NCBI RefSeq assembly: GCF_036321535.1
Contig: NC_087436.1
Span: 108,316,001-108,380,000, forward strand
Length of the DNA: 64,000 nucleotides
Direction of reading: 5' to 3'
DNA from: Camelus dromedarius
Lineage: Eukaryota
Shown: one piece after another, positions 1-12,816 of the stretch
Layout: each line of letters begins with the position of its first letter
How positions within the stretch are numbered: the stretch's first letter is position 1
Made by a program: the position numbers and the translations under genes
The notes under the pieces: model-generated
Told to the model about the DNA's origin: nothing
What the model saw: the letters and a program-made list of their open reading frames with translations, nothing else
Database searches by the model: none

Positions 1-1470
1 AACTAGAAAATCATCTCAATAAATTCAGAAAAAGCATTTGACAAAACCGAACATCCTTTTATTATAAAAGCCCTCAACCTGATAGACAGCATATACAAAA
101 AACCTACAGTTAAAATCATATTTAATGGTGAATGACAGAATATTTTCCCTATAGGATCAGAAAAAACAAGGATGTCTACTGTTGCTATTTTAATGTGACA
201 TTTTAAAGAAGTTCTAGCAGGGGCAATTAGGTAAGGAAAAAATAAAAATAAATCAGACTGGACAGGAAGAAATAAAAGTATCTCTATTTGCAGATAACAT
301 CATCTTGTATTTTGAAACATGAGGACTCCACCTACTCACACTAAACAATTAGAGCAAGTAAGTCCAGAAAAATTACAGTATATGATGTCAGTATACAAAT
401 ATCAATGGTATTTTTATGTGCTAGCAATGAATAATCTGAAAAATGAAATTAAGAAGACAGTTCCATTTATGACAGCATCAAAAAGAATATATTACTTAGG
501 AATAAATTGAACAAAAGAAGGTTAAAAATTATACTCTGAAACTACAAAATATTGTGAAAAAATAAAGATATAAATAAATCAAATGACATTCCATGTTCTT
601 GGATCAGAAGAGTTAATATTATTAAAAATGACATACTTCTCAAAGTAATCTGTAGATTTATCAGAATTCCTATCAAAATCTCAGCTGGAAGTTTTTGCAG
701 AAATTGACAAGCTGGCCTTAAAAGTCATATGTGAATTAAAGAGACTCATAATAGCCAGAGCAATCTTGTAAGAAAAAAAAAGTTAGAGAGCTCACATTCC
801 TCAGTTTCAAAGCTTACGAAAATGCTGTAGTAATCAAGAAAATATGTGATAAGAAAGTATGCAACTGAGATAAGGATAAACATAGATACATGGAAAGAAC
901 TAAAAGTCCAGTCATAGATCTTCAGATTTATGATTGATGATTTTTGACAAGGGGGCCAAAACAATTAAAAAAGAAGAAAAAATAGCCTTTTCAACCAATA
1001 ATTCTAGACAACTGAAAAAGAATCCACATGAAAAAGAATAAAAAAGAATCCATGTGAAAAAGAATAAAATTGGATCCCTTCCTCATAATGCACATAAAAA
1101 TGAAGTATATATCTTCAAGACCTTGGTTAGGTGAAAGGTTCTTAGATATGAGGCCAGAAGCTCAAGTGGCAAAAGAAAATAAAGATAAATTGCATTAAAA
1201 TTAAAAGCTTTTTTGCTCCAAAAAACAACATCAAGAAAATGAAAACACAACCTATAGAATGGGAGAAAATATTTGCAAATCATATATAAAATCAGGAACA
1301 TTTACCTAGATAACAAAGTAATCATAAATTAATAATAAAAACAAAAAATCCAATTTTAAAATGAGCAAAAATCTGAATAGACACATCTCCAAAGATACAT
1401 AAATAGCCAATAAGCACATGAAAAAAATGGTAAACATGATTAACCATCAAGTGGATGCGAATCAAAACTA
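1..1470 (+). mobile_element. Old L1 (L1MB-like) ORF2 fragment, 5' part of an interrupted host element
   Basis: Degenerate ORF2 DNA: GAAAAAGCATTTGACAAA (RT EKAFDK), CTATTTGCAGATAACAT (LFADD region), TTTTGACAAGGGGGCCAA, GAATGGGAGAAAATATTTGCAAATCAT. Many stops and frameshifts. Confidence 0.9.
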
Positions 1471-2244
1471 AATAAATAACAAGTGTTAGTGAGGATGTAG
1501 AGAAAAGGGACCCCTTGTGCACTGTTCATGGTATTGTAAATTGGTGTAGCCACTATGGAAACTAGTACGGAGTTCCTCAAAAAATTAAAAATAGAATTGC
1601 CATGTAATCCAGCAGTTTTACTTCCGGAAATTTATCTGAATAAAACATAAACACTAATTCAAAAAGATATATACACATCAATATTTATTATAGAATTATT
1701 TACCACAGCTAAAATATGGAAGCAACCTAAGTGTCCATTGATGATGAATAGATAAAGAAAGATGTGGTATTTATGTACAATGGAATATTACTGAGTCATA
1801 AAAAATGAAAATGAAATCTTGCCATTTACGACACCATGGATGGATCTAGAGGGTATTATGCTAAGTGAACTTAGTCAGAGGAATACAAATACTGTATGAT
1901 CTCACTTATATGTGGAATCTAAAATACAAAACAAACAATCAAAGCAAAATGAAAGCAGACTCTTAGATACAGAGAACAGACAAATGGCTGCCAGAGAGGA
2001 AGGGGGGTCAAAATAGGTGAAGGAGCTTAAGAGGTACAACCTCCAGTTGTAAAATGAGCCATGGGGATATAATATACAGCATAAGGATTATAGTCAGTAA
2101 TATTGTAATAAGTTTATATGGGGATAGATGGTTACTACACTTACCATAGTGATTACTTCATAATATATGCAAATGTAAAATCACAATGTACAACTTAAAC
2201 TGACATAATATTATGTCACCTATATTTCAATTAAAAATAAAATA
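1471..2244 (+). mobile_element. Younger L1 3' end (L1MA9-derived type) nested in the older L1
   Basis: ORF2 C-terminal DNA (TGGAAGCAACCTAAGTGTCC, CTCACTTATATGTGGAATCTAA), then a distinct 3' UTR ending TATATTTCAATTAAAAATAAAA. The host L1 resumes at ~2245 where it was interrupted. Confidence 0.8.
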
Positions 2245-3410
2245 CATTGAGGTACTACTTCACATTCGCTATTATAGTTTTGAACAAAAAAGATAATAAC
2301 AAGTGTTGACAAGGATGTGGAGAAACTAGAACTCCATACATTGCTAGTAGGAATGTAAAATGGCACAAACTGCTTTGGAAACACAGTCTGGTAGTTCCTC
2401 AAAACATTAAACATAGCCTTACCATAAATAATAGTTTTATAGGGCTGTCATAATAAACGACTACAAACTTGGTAGCACAAAAGAAATCAGAAATGTATTC
2501 TTTCACAGTTCTGGAGGCCAGAAGTCTAAAATAAAAATGTGATCAGGATATACTCCCTCTTAAGTCTCTAGGTGAGGCTTCTTCCTTGCCTCCCTAATTT
2601 TGGTGGCTCCAAGTATCCCTTGGTTTGTGGCTGCGTAACTCCAATATCTGCTTTTATCTTCACATGGCCTTTTCCTCTTTTTTTTTTTTTTTTCCTGTTT
2701 TTTATAAAGACACTTGTCATTGGATTTAGGGCCCATTCAGGTAATACAAGATGATCTCAAGATCCTTAACTTAATTACATCTGCAGTAATTTCCTATTCA
2801 GTGATTCTAGGGGTTAAATGTGGATATATCTTTTTATCGGGGAGACCGTTTAACCTACTGTATCATTTGACCCAGAAATTCCCCAACTAGGTATATACTT
2901 AAGAGAAATGAGAATATATTTCCATGCAAAATCTTATGTATGAATGTTCATAGCAGTATTATTTCTAATAGCTAAAGGCTGGAAACAAATTAAGTATCCA
3001 TCAACTGATGATGAATAAATAAAATATGGCATACCCATGTGTTGGAGTATTATTTGTTAATAAAAAGGACTAAAGTACTGATACATGCTACAATGTGGCT
3101 GAATCTTGAAAATACTCTTCTAAGTGAAAGAAGCCAGCACAAAAGACCATATATTGTATAATTCAGTTTATATAGGAAAGTCCAGAACAGGCAAATCTGT
3201 AGAGACAGAGACTAGATTAGTGGCTCCTCAGGGATAAGGGAAACAGAGGGAAAGGAATTGACTGAAAGTTGGTACAGGTTTGGGAGGATGATGAAAATGC
3301 TCTAAAATTGATTGTGGTGATGGTTATACAAGTCTGTGAATATAATAAAAACCATTGAATTATACAGGTGAATTGTATGGTATGTGACTTATATCTTAAT
3401 AGAAATGTTA
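2245..3410 (+). mobile_element. Continuation and 3' UTR of the host L1MB-like element, interrupted by an MLT1
   Basis: AACAAGTGTTGACAAGGATGTGGAGAAACT, TGACCCAGAAATTCC, and an L1MB-type 3' end (AAAATTGATTGTGGTGATGGTT...GTGAATTGTATGGTATGTGA). Confidence 0.85.
2427..2862 (-). mobile_element. MaLR solo LTR, MLT1B/C-like
   Basis: TCACAGTTCTGGAGGCCAGAAGTC, GTCATTGGATTTAGGGCCC, CTTAACTTAATTACATCTGC. Degraded 5-bp TSD (CCATA/TCATT). Splits the L1 motif TTACCATA|TGACCCAG. Confidence 0.85.
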
Positions 3411-3818
3411 AACAATCAATTCTGAATAAGTACTTTACTGGGTGATGTTGTGTTTGCTAGAGAGAGAGCTCCCAAGGGCAAGAATTTGGACTTATTTATA
3501 TCTTCCAGTGAGACCATAGATCCTTAAACACTGCAGGTGGTTAATATATATTTATGGTAAAGAAAATGATTCAGGAGAGGGGAATCAATTTTGGGATAAG
3601 GTTACCAGAGAGCTGTGGAAGCACAGAGAGGCCACCCACATCTGTGTAGAGGAATCTGAGGATTTGTCATAGAACCAGCCTTGGGAGCTGCACTTGGAAG
3701 GACAAAGAAAAGTGCACCAGGTAGGTAAGGATGCCAAAGGCTTATCAGGCAGATGAAGAGCGTAGATAAATTAAATGTTGACTGAGTAGGCATATAAGGT
3801 TCAACCGAAGAAATGGCC

Positions 3819-3844
3819 AAAAAAAAAAAAAAAAAAAAAAAAAA
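3819..3844. repeat. Poly(A) tract (26 nt)
   Basis: Direct reading. Confidence 0.95.
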
Positions 3845-3931
3845 GAGTAGCCTAGAAACAAAAGTGGCAGCTGGATCTCAAAGTGCTTCTTTATACTTTT
3901 GTACTTACGCTTCCCAGCATGTGCTTTAAGG

Positions 3932-4169
3932 AACTGCTTCCCAAATTATCTACAGTAAGGGCCAGATATTTTATTATTATTTTTAATCTGTCATGAACTG
4001 ATACTTTTAAAAAACATAATAATGATGAATTACTAGAAAAATGAGAAAAGATCAAAACACAAGCCCACTGATAATGCTCTTGGCAGAAATGTATTTTTCT
4101 CATTGCAGATAAGTAATAAATAATTTGTGAACCAGCACTGGTCCACAAACTACACTTTGAGTGGCACAG
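3932..4169. mobile_element. hAT-Charlie DNA transposon, Charlie4a/4z-like, internally deleted
   Basis: Termini AACTGCTTCCCAAATTATCT and ACACTTTGAGTGGCACAG are imperfect inverted repeats. Internal GAATTACTAGAAAAATGA. Degraded 8-bp TSD CTTTAAGG/GTCTAAAG with central TA. Confidence 0.75.
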
Positions 4170-4319
4170 GTCTAAAGAACACATCTCAAAAGATACCTCG
4201 AGAGCCTCCCTCAGGAGATGGATAAACTGCATTATCAAATTTAAAAAGCCTTTAGAAATATTGCAGTAAATAAATTGGTTTAAATTTCCTTAAATTGGCA
4301 TTCAGAAATTTTTCTTGTC

Positions 4320-6290
4320 TTCATTTATTCATGAATGTATTCATTTCATCTTTCATTAATCATATGTTTGTTGTGTACCTACTATTGGCCCAGCAGCATT
4401 CCAGGCACTGAGGATACAGACTTAAGTCCCTGCATTCATTTATCTTATGTTCCAGTGGAGGAGACCGGCAATAAACTAAGTAACTAAAGAATATTAGAGT
4501 GGATTTGGTACTGATAAGTGCTGGGGTGACAAGTGAAAGGGACAAGAGATGTTGTTAAATATTGTGGTTAAATATGTTCTTCCTGGAAAGATGACATCTG
4601 AATAAGAACCAAAGGTGAAAAAGCAAACAATGCAGATGTGGGTTGGGAAGGAAAATGATTAAGCTGAGACAGCATTATGTGCAAATGCCCTAATGCAGAA
4701 GAATGCCTGTAACTTTGAGTAAGAGAACAGGATGGATGAGTGGGAGGGGAGAGGTGAGAAAGAGACTCAGAGGGGTAAGAAGGGGCCAGGTCATGCAAGG
4801 CCTTATAGGCCTTTCTAAGAAACTGGCTACTCTAAGTAGGACTGGAAGCCATTGGAGGGTTGGATCAGAGACATGGTATCATCCAGCTTGTGTTTTCCCA
4901 GGACCACTTGGGCTCCTCTGTAGAGAAGGGATTAAAGGGAACAAAGCTTTAAGCAGGGAGACCAGCTGGTAAGTTACTGCAGTAATTCAAGCTTGAGATG
5001 GACAAGGTTTAAAGTGTAAGTAAAGGGGCCGTGAAAGTGGTTAGATTATGAATATACCTCTAAGGTGGTTCTGACAAAGTTAGTTCATAGATTGGATATG
5101 GAGTGTGAGAGAAGACAAGAAAATAATGCTGCCTAAGTATTTGTTTGACCCCAGCAATTAGATAAATTCACCTGTACTGAAGTGGGGAAAGACTGAACGA
5201 GGAGATTTGGGATTGGGAATATCAGGAGCTCAATTTTGAACTTGGTAAGTTTGAGACGTCTAGTAGACAGTCAAGCAGAGAGACCAAGTAGACAGACATA
5301 TGAGTCAGGAGGACAAGGGAGAGGTCTCAGGTAGAGATGTACTCTTGGGAGTTGTCAGCATTTTACATGGTATTTAAAGCCATGAAACTGGATAAGACCA
5401 GCAAGGATGTGAGTATAGACAGAACAGAGAAGTACAGAGTCTACACTGCCTCGTTACGAGCTTATAGAGGTGAGGAGGAAGAGCAAGTCAGAAAGGAAGA
5501 GCAGCTGGGGAGGAAATAGGAAAACTAATATAGTTTGATGCCTTAGAAACCAAATAAAGAACATGCTTCTAGGACAAAGGAGTGTTCAACCCTGTCAAAT
5601 ACTGCTGATGGTCAGGTGAGCCTAAGACTGAGAAGCGGCCTTGGGTTTAGCACGGTGGACATCACTGATGACTTTAACAAGAGAAATTTTGGTGAGTTCA
5701 GAGGCGAAAGCCTGACTGAAGTATGTTCAAGAGGGATTTGGAGTAAAGGATTTGAAGAGACATCACAGAAACTCTCTTGAGGAATTTGGGGCAGTTGCTG
5801 GATGGGAAATGAGAATAAGGGGCATTTTAATGATGATAATGATGATGATGGTGGTGGTGGTTATAAAAAATAACATATTCATATGTTGATGAAAAAAGCG
5901 ACAATGCAGGGGGAAGAGGAATAATGTCTTTGAGCAGGTGAGAGGAAACAGAGTCTTGCATATAAGTGGAGTGATTGGTCTTACCTGGGAGAAGTTTCGG
6001 AAAGGAAGGAGGTTTATGAACATAGATTAAGGTAGATGAGTAGCTATACTAGTGGAAGCTAGAGGAATTTCTTTTCTAATTGCTTCTATTTTCCTCAGTG
6101 GGTTTTAAGCTGAGAATGGGGATAGGGCAGGTACAAGAAACGTAAGAGACACCATGAACCAGTTGTCTTGGAGAGGGGGAAGTAATGGTCTACAGCAATG
6201 TAGTCTGATGGCCAGGCAGCATTGAGGGCTCTCAGTTTAGTGACCATGAACTTAACGTAAGACCTGTCAGCATGGCTGGGTACTTTGAGG
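4320..6290 (-). mobile_element. Long L2 (L2a-like) remnant
   Basis: Starts with the reverse-complemented L2 tail (TTCATT repeats, TTTGTTGTGTACCTACTAT..CCAGGCACTGAGGATACAG), then about 2 kb of purine-rich L2 antisense motifs (GGAAGCCATTGGAGGGTT, GTAAGTTTGAGA, TGGTATTTAAAGCCATGA). Confidence 0.85.
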
Positions 6291-8018
6291 ACACTACCCT
6301 TTTTCTTGTGATGCTTCTTGACAATCAGCTGAAATTCTTTGTGAAATACTCACTGTTCTAGATCATAGGTGAACAGTTTTAAGCAGGGCATGAATTTAAA
6401 TTTATCAAATTTACATAGTAAGAGGGTCACCATGCATCAGCAAGCAGGATAGATTCATATGGAATAAGATAATAGGGTAAGAATTTAGGTAATAAGCTAC
6501 TGAGACAGTCAGGCAAAAATTGAGGATGAGTAGAGATTCTTTTATCTTTATGTGTGTGTACATGTGGTTCAGAGAATGTCATAGTTGAGAAGGTGTCTTT
6601 TTTTCCATAGAGCAATGAAGGAGTAACTCCCCAGTAGTCCTCTATATAAGATGGTTTTGGCATTTGCTTTTGATTAATCTAGTTCTGGGACTGCCATATG
6701 CCAACTCTGCATACCCCAGTGTCTTCCATCTGCTTTTACTCCCTGCAAGGAGCAGGTCTACAGGAAAAAGGGATGCTGGCCAGGTTGCGTGATTGTTGTT
6801 TGCGTGAATGAACCAGTCTTGCATTGCTTACATTCTACTAATTTCTAGCCCCATAACTCCTTAATACCAGGAGAACTTTCTTGTTAACATGAAGTCATTT
6901 CTGGTTGTTTTATGGGGTTCTTTTTATGGAGGGAGAAGCTCAGAAGATGGAGAATTGTGATAGTAAATGATGCTGAAGTATTATCTGAAAAAAATGCTCA
7001 CTGATAATTGGGAGCTGGAGATTTTATTTTTTATCTCATTTTGGAAAAATTCTGAAAAACATAGCTGGCATGCTGAAAGGCATTAAACCTGGCAGGAAGG
7101 TAAAGAGAAAAGGCCAGCATGCCGCCAACAAGGAATTAAAAGAGATCATGGAAGACAGCCCAGAGCTCTGTCAGGCGGCTAGGGGCGGTCCAGGAGAAGC
7201 AGCGTCAGGTAGCAAATGATCATAAGCTGAGACCTGATTCATTCAGTGGGAAATGAAGATGGAAGCAAAGGAAGTAACCTCGACTCCACTAAATGAAAGA
7301 TTTCTTTTATAAAGCAGCCTTACTTAGTAGCATGGAAGGAGAGTGAGAATGGAAAAGTTAGATACAATAGATATGATGGTTTTTTTCACACAGCTGAAGA
7401 GGAAATGTGCAAAGCCCACAAAAAAGATCACCAGATTTCAGAATTTTACTCATTTGAAATGTTCCATCAGAAGAGAAGAGGCATAAAAAGCTCAGGACAG
7501 CCAGGAACCCCTGGGTAAGCAAGGAGGGTCATATGAAGAAGTGTCCCTTGGAGTTCTTAAACAGCACGACTTAAGCTCTTTGGGAATCTGAAAACTCATG
7601 AATAGCATCATAGTCTATAACTCATCCTGTAAAATGAACTAAACATAACTTTGAAACAGGATAACTGCCCCAGCTATGTGGGCACAATGAGGGCTCCTCA
7701 AGAATAACCAAAGAGCAGCAAACCTACCTGGAGCTGGAGAGGATGGATCAGGCTAGCTAACCCCACAAACAAGCTTACTGAGCTTACCTGCTTCTCTTGG
7801 AAACTGATTCAGACATATCCTAAGAGTGACTTAAAAACAAAGGCGACAAATGTAAAGTTTCCCTAGACCAAGAGAAATCCCTTGTTTAAATTACTTGGAT
7901 TAACAAAATGATACACCCGGCCCAAGCCTAGTCCAATTTGTAGAATGACAAAGAATAGGAACAACTGAATCAGATTCACATTAGTTGCTACATAGAAAGC
8001 CTAATGCAGGGTCGCCAG

Positions 8019-8126
8019 TAGGGTGACCAATTGTCACCCTGGAACTGAGGGAATTCCCCAGAACTTGGGCCTCTCAGTGCTAAAACTGGACCAGTCCTGG
8101 GTGAAATAGGGGGGTTGGTCACCCGA
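8019..8126. mobile_element. MER81-like hAT-Blackjack MITE
   Basis: TIRs TAGGGTGACCAA...TTGGTCACCCGA; internal TCAGTGCTAAAACTGG. Confidence 0.8.
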
Positions 8127-8704
8127 TGAGCAGCCCTGGTCAGTACCCTACTCAGAGTACTTTGTTCAAATCTCCCTTGAATTTCTACCCCTGAATCATT
8201 TCTGTGAACTTCATTTTATGCTTAAACTATCCAGAATTGAACCAAACAAATCTTTAAAAAATGGTGCTATATGCAAAAAAAAAAAATTTATATATATATA
8301 TATATAAACACAGACATATATATAGAAGGAACAGGAAAATGAAGGGAACATCAATATAAAATAAAAACTGTTAACTCAAAACTGTCGACCTTGAACAAAA
8401 TTCTTTATTGCTCCTAATATTTGTGCTAGAAAACTGCTGCTTAGTTGAGCTTGCAAAAAGGATGCCTTTTCTAATGCTCCTTAATATTTGGGGAATTATG
8501 TTAGTAAATTGAGAAGGATTATCTACTTACTCTGTTTGGAAAATTGACTCATTACCTCTGTTACAGAAGGGGATGAGGATGTCTTAGAATCAGAAGCATT
8601 TTACCCTGAAGTCGTGATGATGAATCAGGAATTCGATCAGGCTGTGTCTCCAGTGAATTGCACTGTCAAAAAATGTTAATAGAACCAACCGAAGCCTTGT
8701 TCAC

Positions 8705-8915
8705 GGCCTTCTCAAGCTTTAGTGTGCCTTAGAATCCCTGAGAGCAAGTTAAACACTTGTCTCTTGGGCTTCCTCCCCAGAGTCTGAGTCAGGGGCCCTG
8801 AACCTGCTGTTAATAACGAGCTCTAGTTCTCTGCTCCTCAAAAGTGTGACCTGATCCAACAGCACTGGCACCACCTGGGAGACTGTAGGATCTCAAATCC
8901 TACCCTAGACCTCAG
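8705..8915. mobile_element. MER5A/MER5B-like fragments
   Basis: TTCTCAAGCTTTAGTGTGCCTTAGAATC and CTCAAAAGTGTG..CAGCACTGGCACCACCTGGGAG resemble MER5 ends. Confidence 0.6.
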
Positions 8916-9069
8916 TCCCCTCACCCATGGCCTATGGATGCCACTTCTTACCTCTTAGCACTGTTGAGAGGCTTAAATGAGCCGCCTGAAGCAAAGGGCA
9001 GGGCCAAGGGCAGGACTGAAATAGATGAGGGCTCTGAGAAGTTTCACAATGTGGAAAGAGTGAAGCTCT

Positions 9070-9260
9070 TTGTAGTTTGAGAAGCCTGGATGAGACTTGC
9101 TCATCATCAAATTGTGCCTCAGTTTCCTCACCTGTAAAATGAGGTTAATAAAACCCACCTTCTAAGGCTTGCTGGAGGAATTAAATGAGGTTATGTTCAT
9201 TAGATATCAAACCTGCTGTTTTTCATATGAAGGATTTAATAAATGATATTGCTTTTATTT
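9070..9260 (+). mobile_element. MIR SINE
   Basis: Core TGTGCCTCAGTTTCCTCACCTGTAAAATGAGGTTAATAA...AATTAAATGAG. Confidence 0.85.
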
Positions 9261-10869
9261 TCCTATCATAATCATTGTTACCCTGAATTTTAAGCCATTA
9301 TTCTCCACCATAGTTACGAAGTCTCAACATGCGAAGGAATCTTAGAAGTTGTAAATCTTTCTCCTGCTTGCTTGTTCACTTCCAGCCGGCATGCTCTATC
9401 AAGACGGCTAACTCACACATTGCCAAGAAATGAGCCTCTGCTTCCTAAACAAGAGAACCTTCTCTCTGAGTCTAAAATGACTGCCACAAGGCAGTAGAAA
9501 AATAACTTATTGACGGTTAAAAGTGACCTGAAGTACAGGTAGCCCCAGGTGTCTCATCTATGAAAATAATTTTTCTTTTGAATAAGCACATATCAAGGAT
9601 GAAACAGGCCTATTAGTATTAATTAAAATACGAACAAAAGTGTACATTCCCTTTGTTAGGGAATACAGCCTCTCTTCACACTGAACAGTCTTATGGTATT
9701 AACTATTTTTAAAAGGCTTTGCAGAAAGATCCCTTTTTCCCCCAGAGATAGTAGAAGTGTTGGCTTTCTTCCTATGCTGTGACTCCTCCAAAGAAACACA
9801 ATTCCACGTGCAGGACAAATGATGGTACTAATGATGACAGTGATAATGGTCATCATAGTACCTGTTGTCATGGTAGTAGTCACAGTAATGGTGACTGATT
9901 TGATACCCTATGAGGGAGGTTTTACTACTGTTATCCCTGTTCGGGTTAAATAAGTCACCCAGTACCATGTAGTTGGTAAATGTGGAGTCCAGGGTCGGAG
10001 GCTAGACAGCGTGATGACAGAGCCCAAATACCCAATCGCAGAGCAATGCCAGCCCAGGTAAGAGAGGCTCATTACCTGTGCAGAAATGTCTCCCCTTTGC
10101 TTTCCAGGATTCTTCTCTCTCGGCAGATTCTGACTTCCTCCTTCCCCTTCCATGTAGACTGGATCTCGGATGTAAGGACTCCTAGCTGCATATTAGAGAA
10201 TTTAAAATACGGGATTTCCAATGCAGTGGCATTAATTAATAGAATTCTGCTTTTTTATTTTCTTCTTATAAAATGCTAAATTTTGAAATTCTCTTGCTTA
10301 TTTCCAACATGTGCAATGATCAGATTGGCTCAGTGCCTAATTCTCCAGTGGTTTAAATCAAGTAGTTAAGGAGGCAGATTCTCCCTGCTAGCTTCTAGAA
10401 AGTTAGAAAAAGGAGAATCATATTTTGTTTTGTTTTGTTTTGTTTTTTCTTTTTGTTTAGCTGTCAACGTCATAAAATAATTTTTAAGTTAGCTTAGTTT
10501 CTGTAAGGAATCATTATATTTTCTTTTAAGTGAATAACTGTCCTCAACCATCTTGAATATTTAGATGTTCAGGTGCCCTAAAGATTACTCTCTTACAGTT
10601 TCCTTTTCCTTCAATCTTCACTTGGCTTTGGGCCAGAGAATGGACTTGAAACTTTGGTACACTGTCACCAGCAAAGATATTTTCACATTTTCTCACATGT
10701 CTTTTAGTGAAAATTCCTGAGACCACCTTAAGATCATTTTGATTACTGTTAACCAAACCACTGATATATTCGGTAACCTTGTGACTGTGTGTGTGACTTC
10801 ATTAAGGAATGTTTCATTTGTCATTGTAGGGGAAAAATAATCATTTTTGAATTATCTTCTCTGCAACAA

Positions 10870-11070
10870 AAACAGCAGTAACCATTAACTTCTGTATAGT
10901 ATACTACAATTTAAAGGGCATTCACATGCTTTTGATTTTGAATAATCTTGCAAAATTGGGATTATTACTGTTTTTGTTTTACAAATAAGTAAAATCAGGA
11001 ACCAAGAGGGTAAGGGATATGTCTGTAGTGGAACCAGGATTCAAAACCATTTTTCTGACTTTAATCTCTT
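10870..11070 (-). mobile_element. MIR fragment
   Basis: TTTTACAAATAAGTAAAATCAGG and GGAACCAGGATTCAAAACC. Confidence 0.55.
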
Positions 11071-11669
11071 TCTATCCCCATAGACTTGGATTCACTTGCA
11101 TTAGAATATTTTCTGGGATTTTATGCCACCATTGATGTTTGGGTCTGTGGGCATATTTTACAAATGACATAAACCACTGTTTGTTACCACTGACATTTTA
11201 CCTTATGCTACTGCTATTCTCAGCCACAAAATGCCAGATGGGAAAGTGATCTTGTTACTCATTACTCAGGAACAGCAATAACCATGAAGTGAAAACTAGC
11301 TTCAGATTACAAACAACCAGTAGCTCTTATTACAGGTCTAAGAAATTTATCCCACTGCCCATGAATAGGACATTGAACTTCCATTATCAAAAAAAAAAAA
11401 AAAAAAAAGAATATTCTTTTCAATGTATGAAATGCCTCTCATTCCATTTACATTCACTCTTAATGTGACTGTCATTTTTGCTGTTTAAACCTACCCATTT
11501 GTCCTCATGTCTGTAAGTAGGATATCTAAAGTTGAATGCCCTGAATTCTCACTTTTGCAAATTCCAGATTATTTTGTGACTTTGAATTACCATAAATAGT
11601 GATTGGCACATGGTAGAATTGCAATAAAATATCTTCATGACAAATAACTTACGTATGTAAAGCCATTAA

Positions 11670-11830
11670 AATTTTCAAAGTATCCTCACATGCTTTTATT
11701 TAATCCCTATAATAATCCTATGAATAGGCAAGGGAAATATTATTATTAAACTCATTTTATAGGTGCTGAACAGACAACCAGATATGGGAAGTGACTTATC
11801 CAAATCCATTCAGTCATCAGGTGTCAGATT
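11670..11830 (-). mobile_element. MIR fragment
   Basis: TTTAATCCCTATAATAATCCTATGAATAGG...CTCATTTTATAGGTG...AAGTGACTTATCCAA. Confidence 0.7.
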
Positions 11831-11839
11831 GGGAAAATC

Positions 11840-12370
11840 AAATGTAAAGTTGATTTAGAGGAAAAATCAAGAATTTGGCAGTGGTCCTGTAAAGTTGTAG
11901 GTGCCTATTAGATATCTAAGAGGAGTCTGATATGAATCCTGAGATGTCCAGAGTACTGAGCTGAAATTGGGAGTTGTTAGCTATACACCTAAATCCATAT
12001 TGATGGGTTTAAAGGATTTGAAGCTATGCGCCTGGAGGAGGTCATCCAGAGGATAAATAAAGATAGAAAAAGAATGAGATATGAACTGAACCCTGAGGCA
12101 CTCCAGCATTCTGAGATGGGAAAATAACAAAGAAGCAGCAAAGAAGAATAAGAGGAGATATCAGTGAGAATGGAAGAAATTAGATGATTGTGTCCTGAAA
12201 GATTAGAAAACTTTTACAAGGAAAGAAAGGGGTCAACTGATAAAATAATGCTGAGTAAGATAAGGACTGAAAATTACCTCTTATATTTAGCAGTGGAGAG
12301 TTTCAGATTAGAATACATTAAGAGAGCCTGGGAGGAGAGGAATTGGACACAACAAATATGAACAACTCTA
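11840..12370 (-). mobile_element. L2 fragment
   Basis: Shares antisense L2 motifs with 5200-5780 (GTGCCTATTAGATATCTAAG, GAGTAAGATAAGGACTGAAAATT). Confidence 0.7.
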
Positions 12371-12816
12371 TTGTGAAACAAAGGGTGGAGACTAAGGGTT
12401 TTCACTCTTTACATGAAGCATAGCTGATTTGTTAGTACTTAGTGGGTAAAATCAGTCAGGGCTTTTGGTATCACTGGTGACATTATGAACCACAAGTGCC
12501 AGGAAGGGAGAACTAGGCCTCACTCTTTTCCCTCCTGGGAATCTCTGCAAGCCTTGGAAAACAGGATGTCCATGGTTGCCTCTAACTTAATTTGTCAATT
12601 ATAATCTCTCACTGGCAGGGCCTGGAGTTGAAGACAGTATTACTGACAGCAATTTCCTGATCTCAGTAATAATGGGGGGAAAAAAGTGGGGAGAGGGGGT
12701 CAAGTTGAAAAACTGAAAATAAAGTACAAAAGTAAAACATAAATCAGTAAGCAATGAAAAGTGGGCTGTCTTGAGTATCTTACTTTTTTTTTAGAAGTTA
12801 CATGCAGGTACTTCTT

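Noticed and set aside
3819..3844. Solo poly(A) retro-insertion (also 11389-11408)
   Set aside because: No convincing TSD; simple homopolymer expansion suffices.
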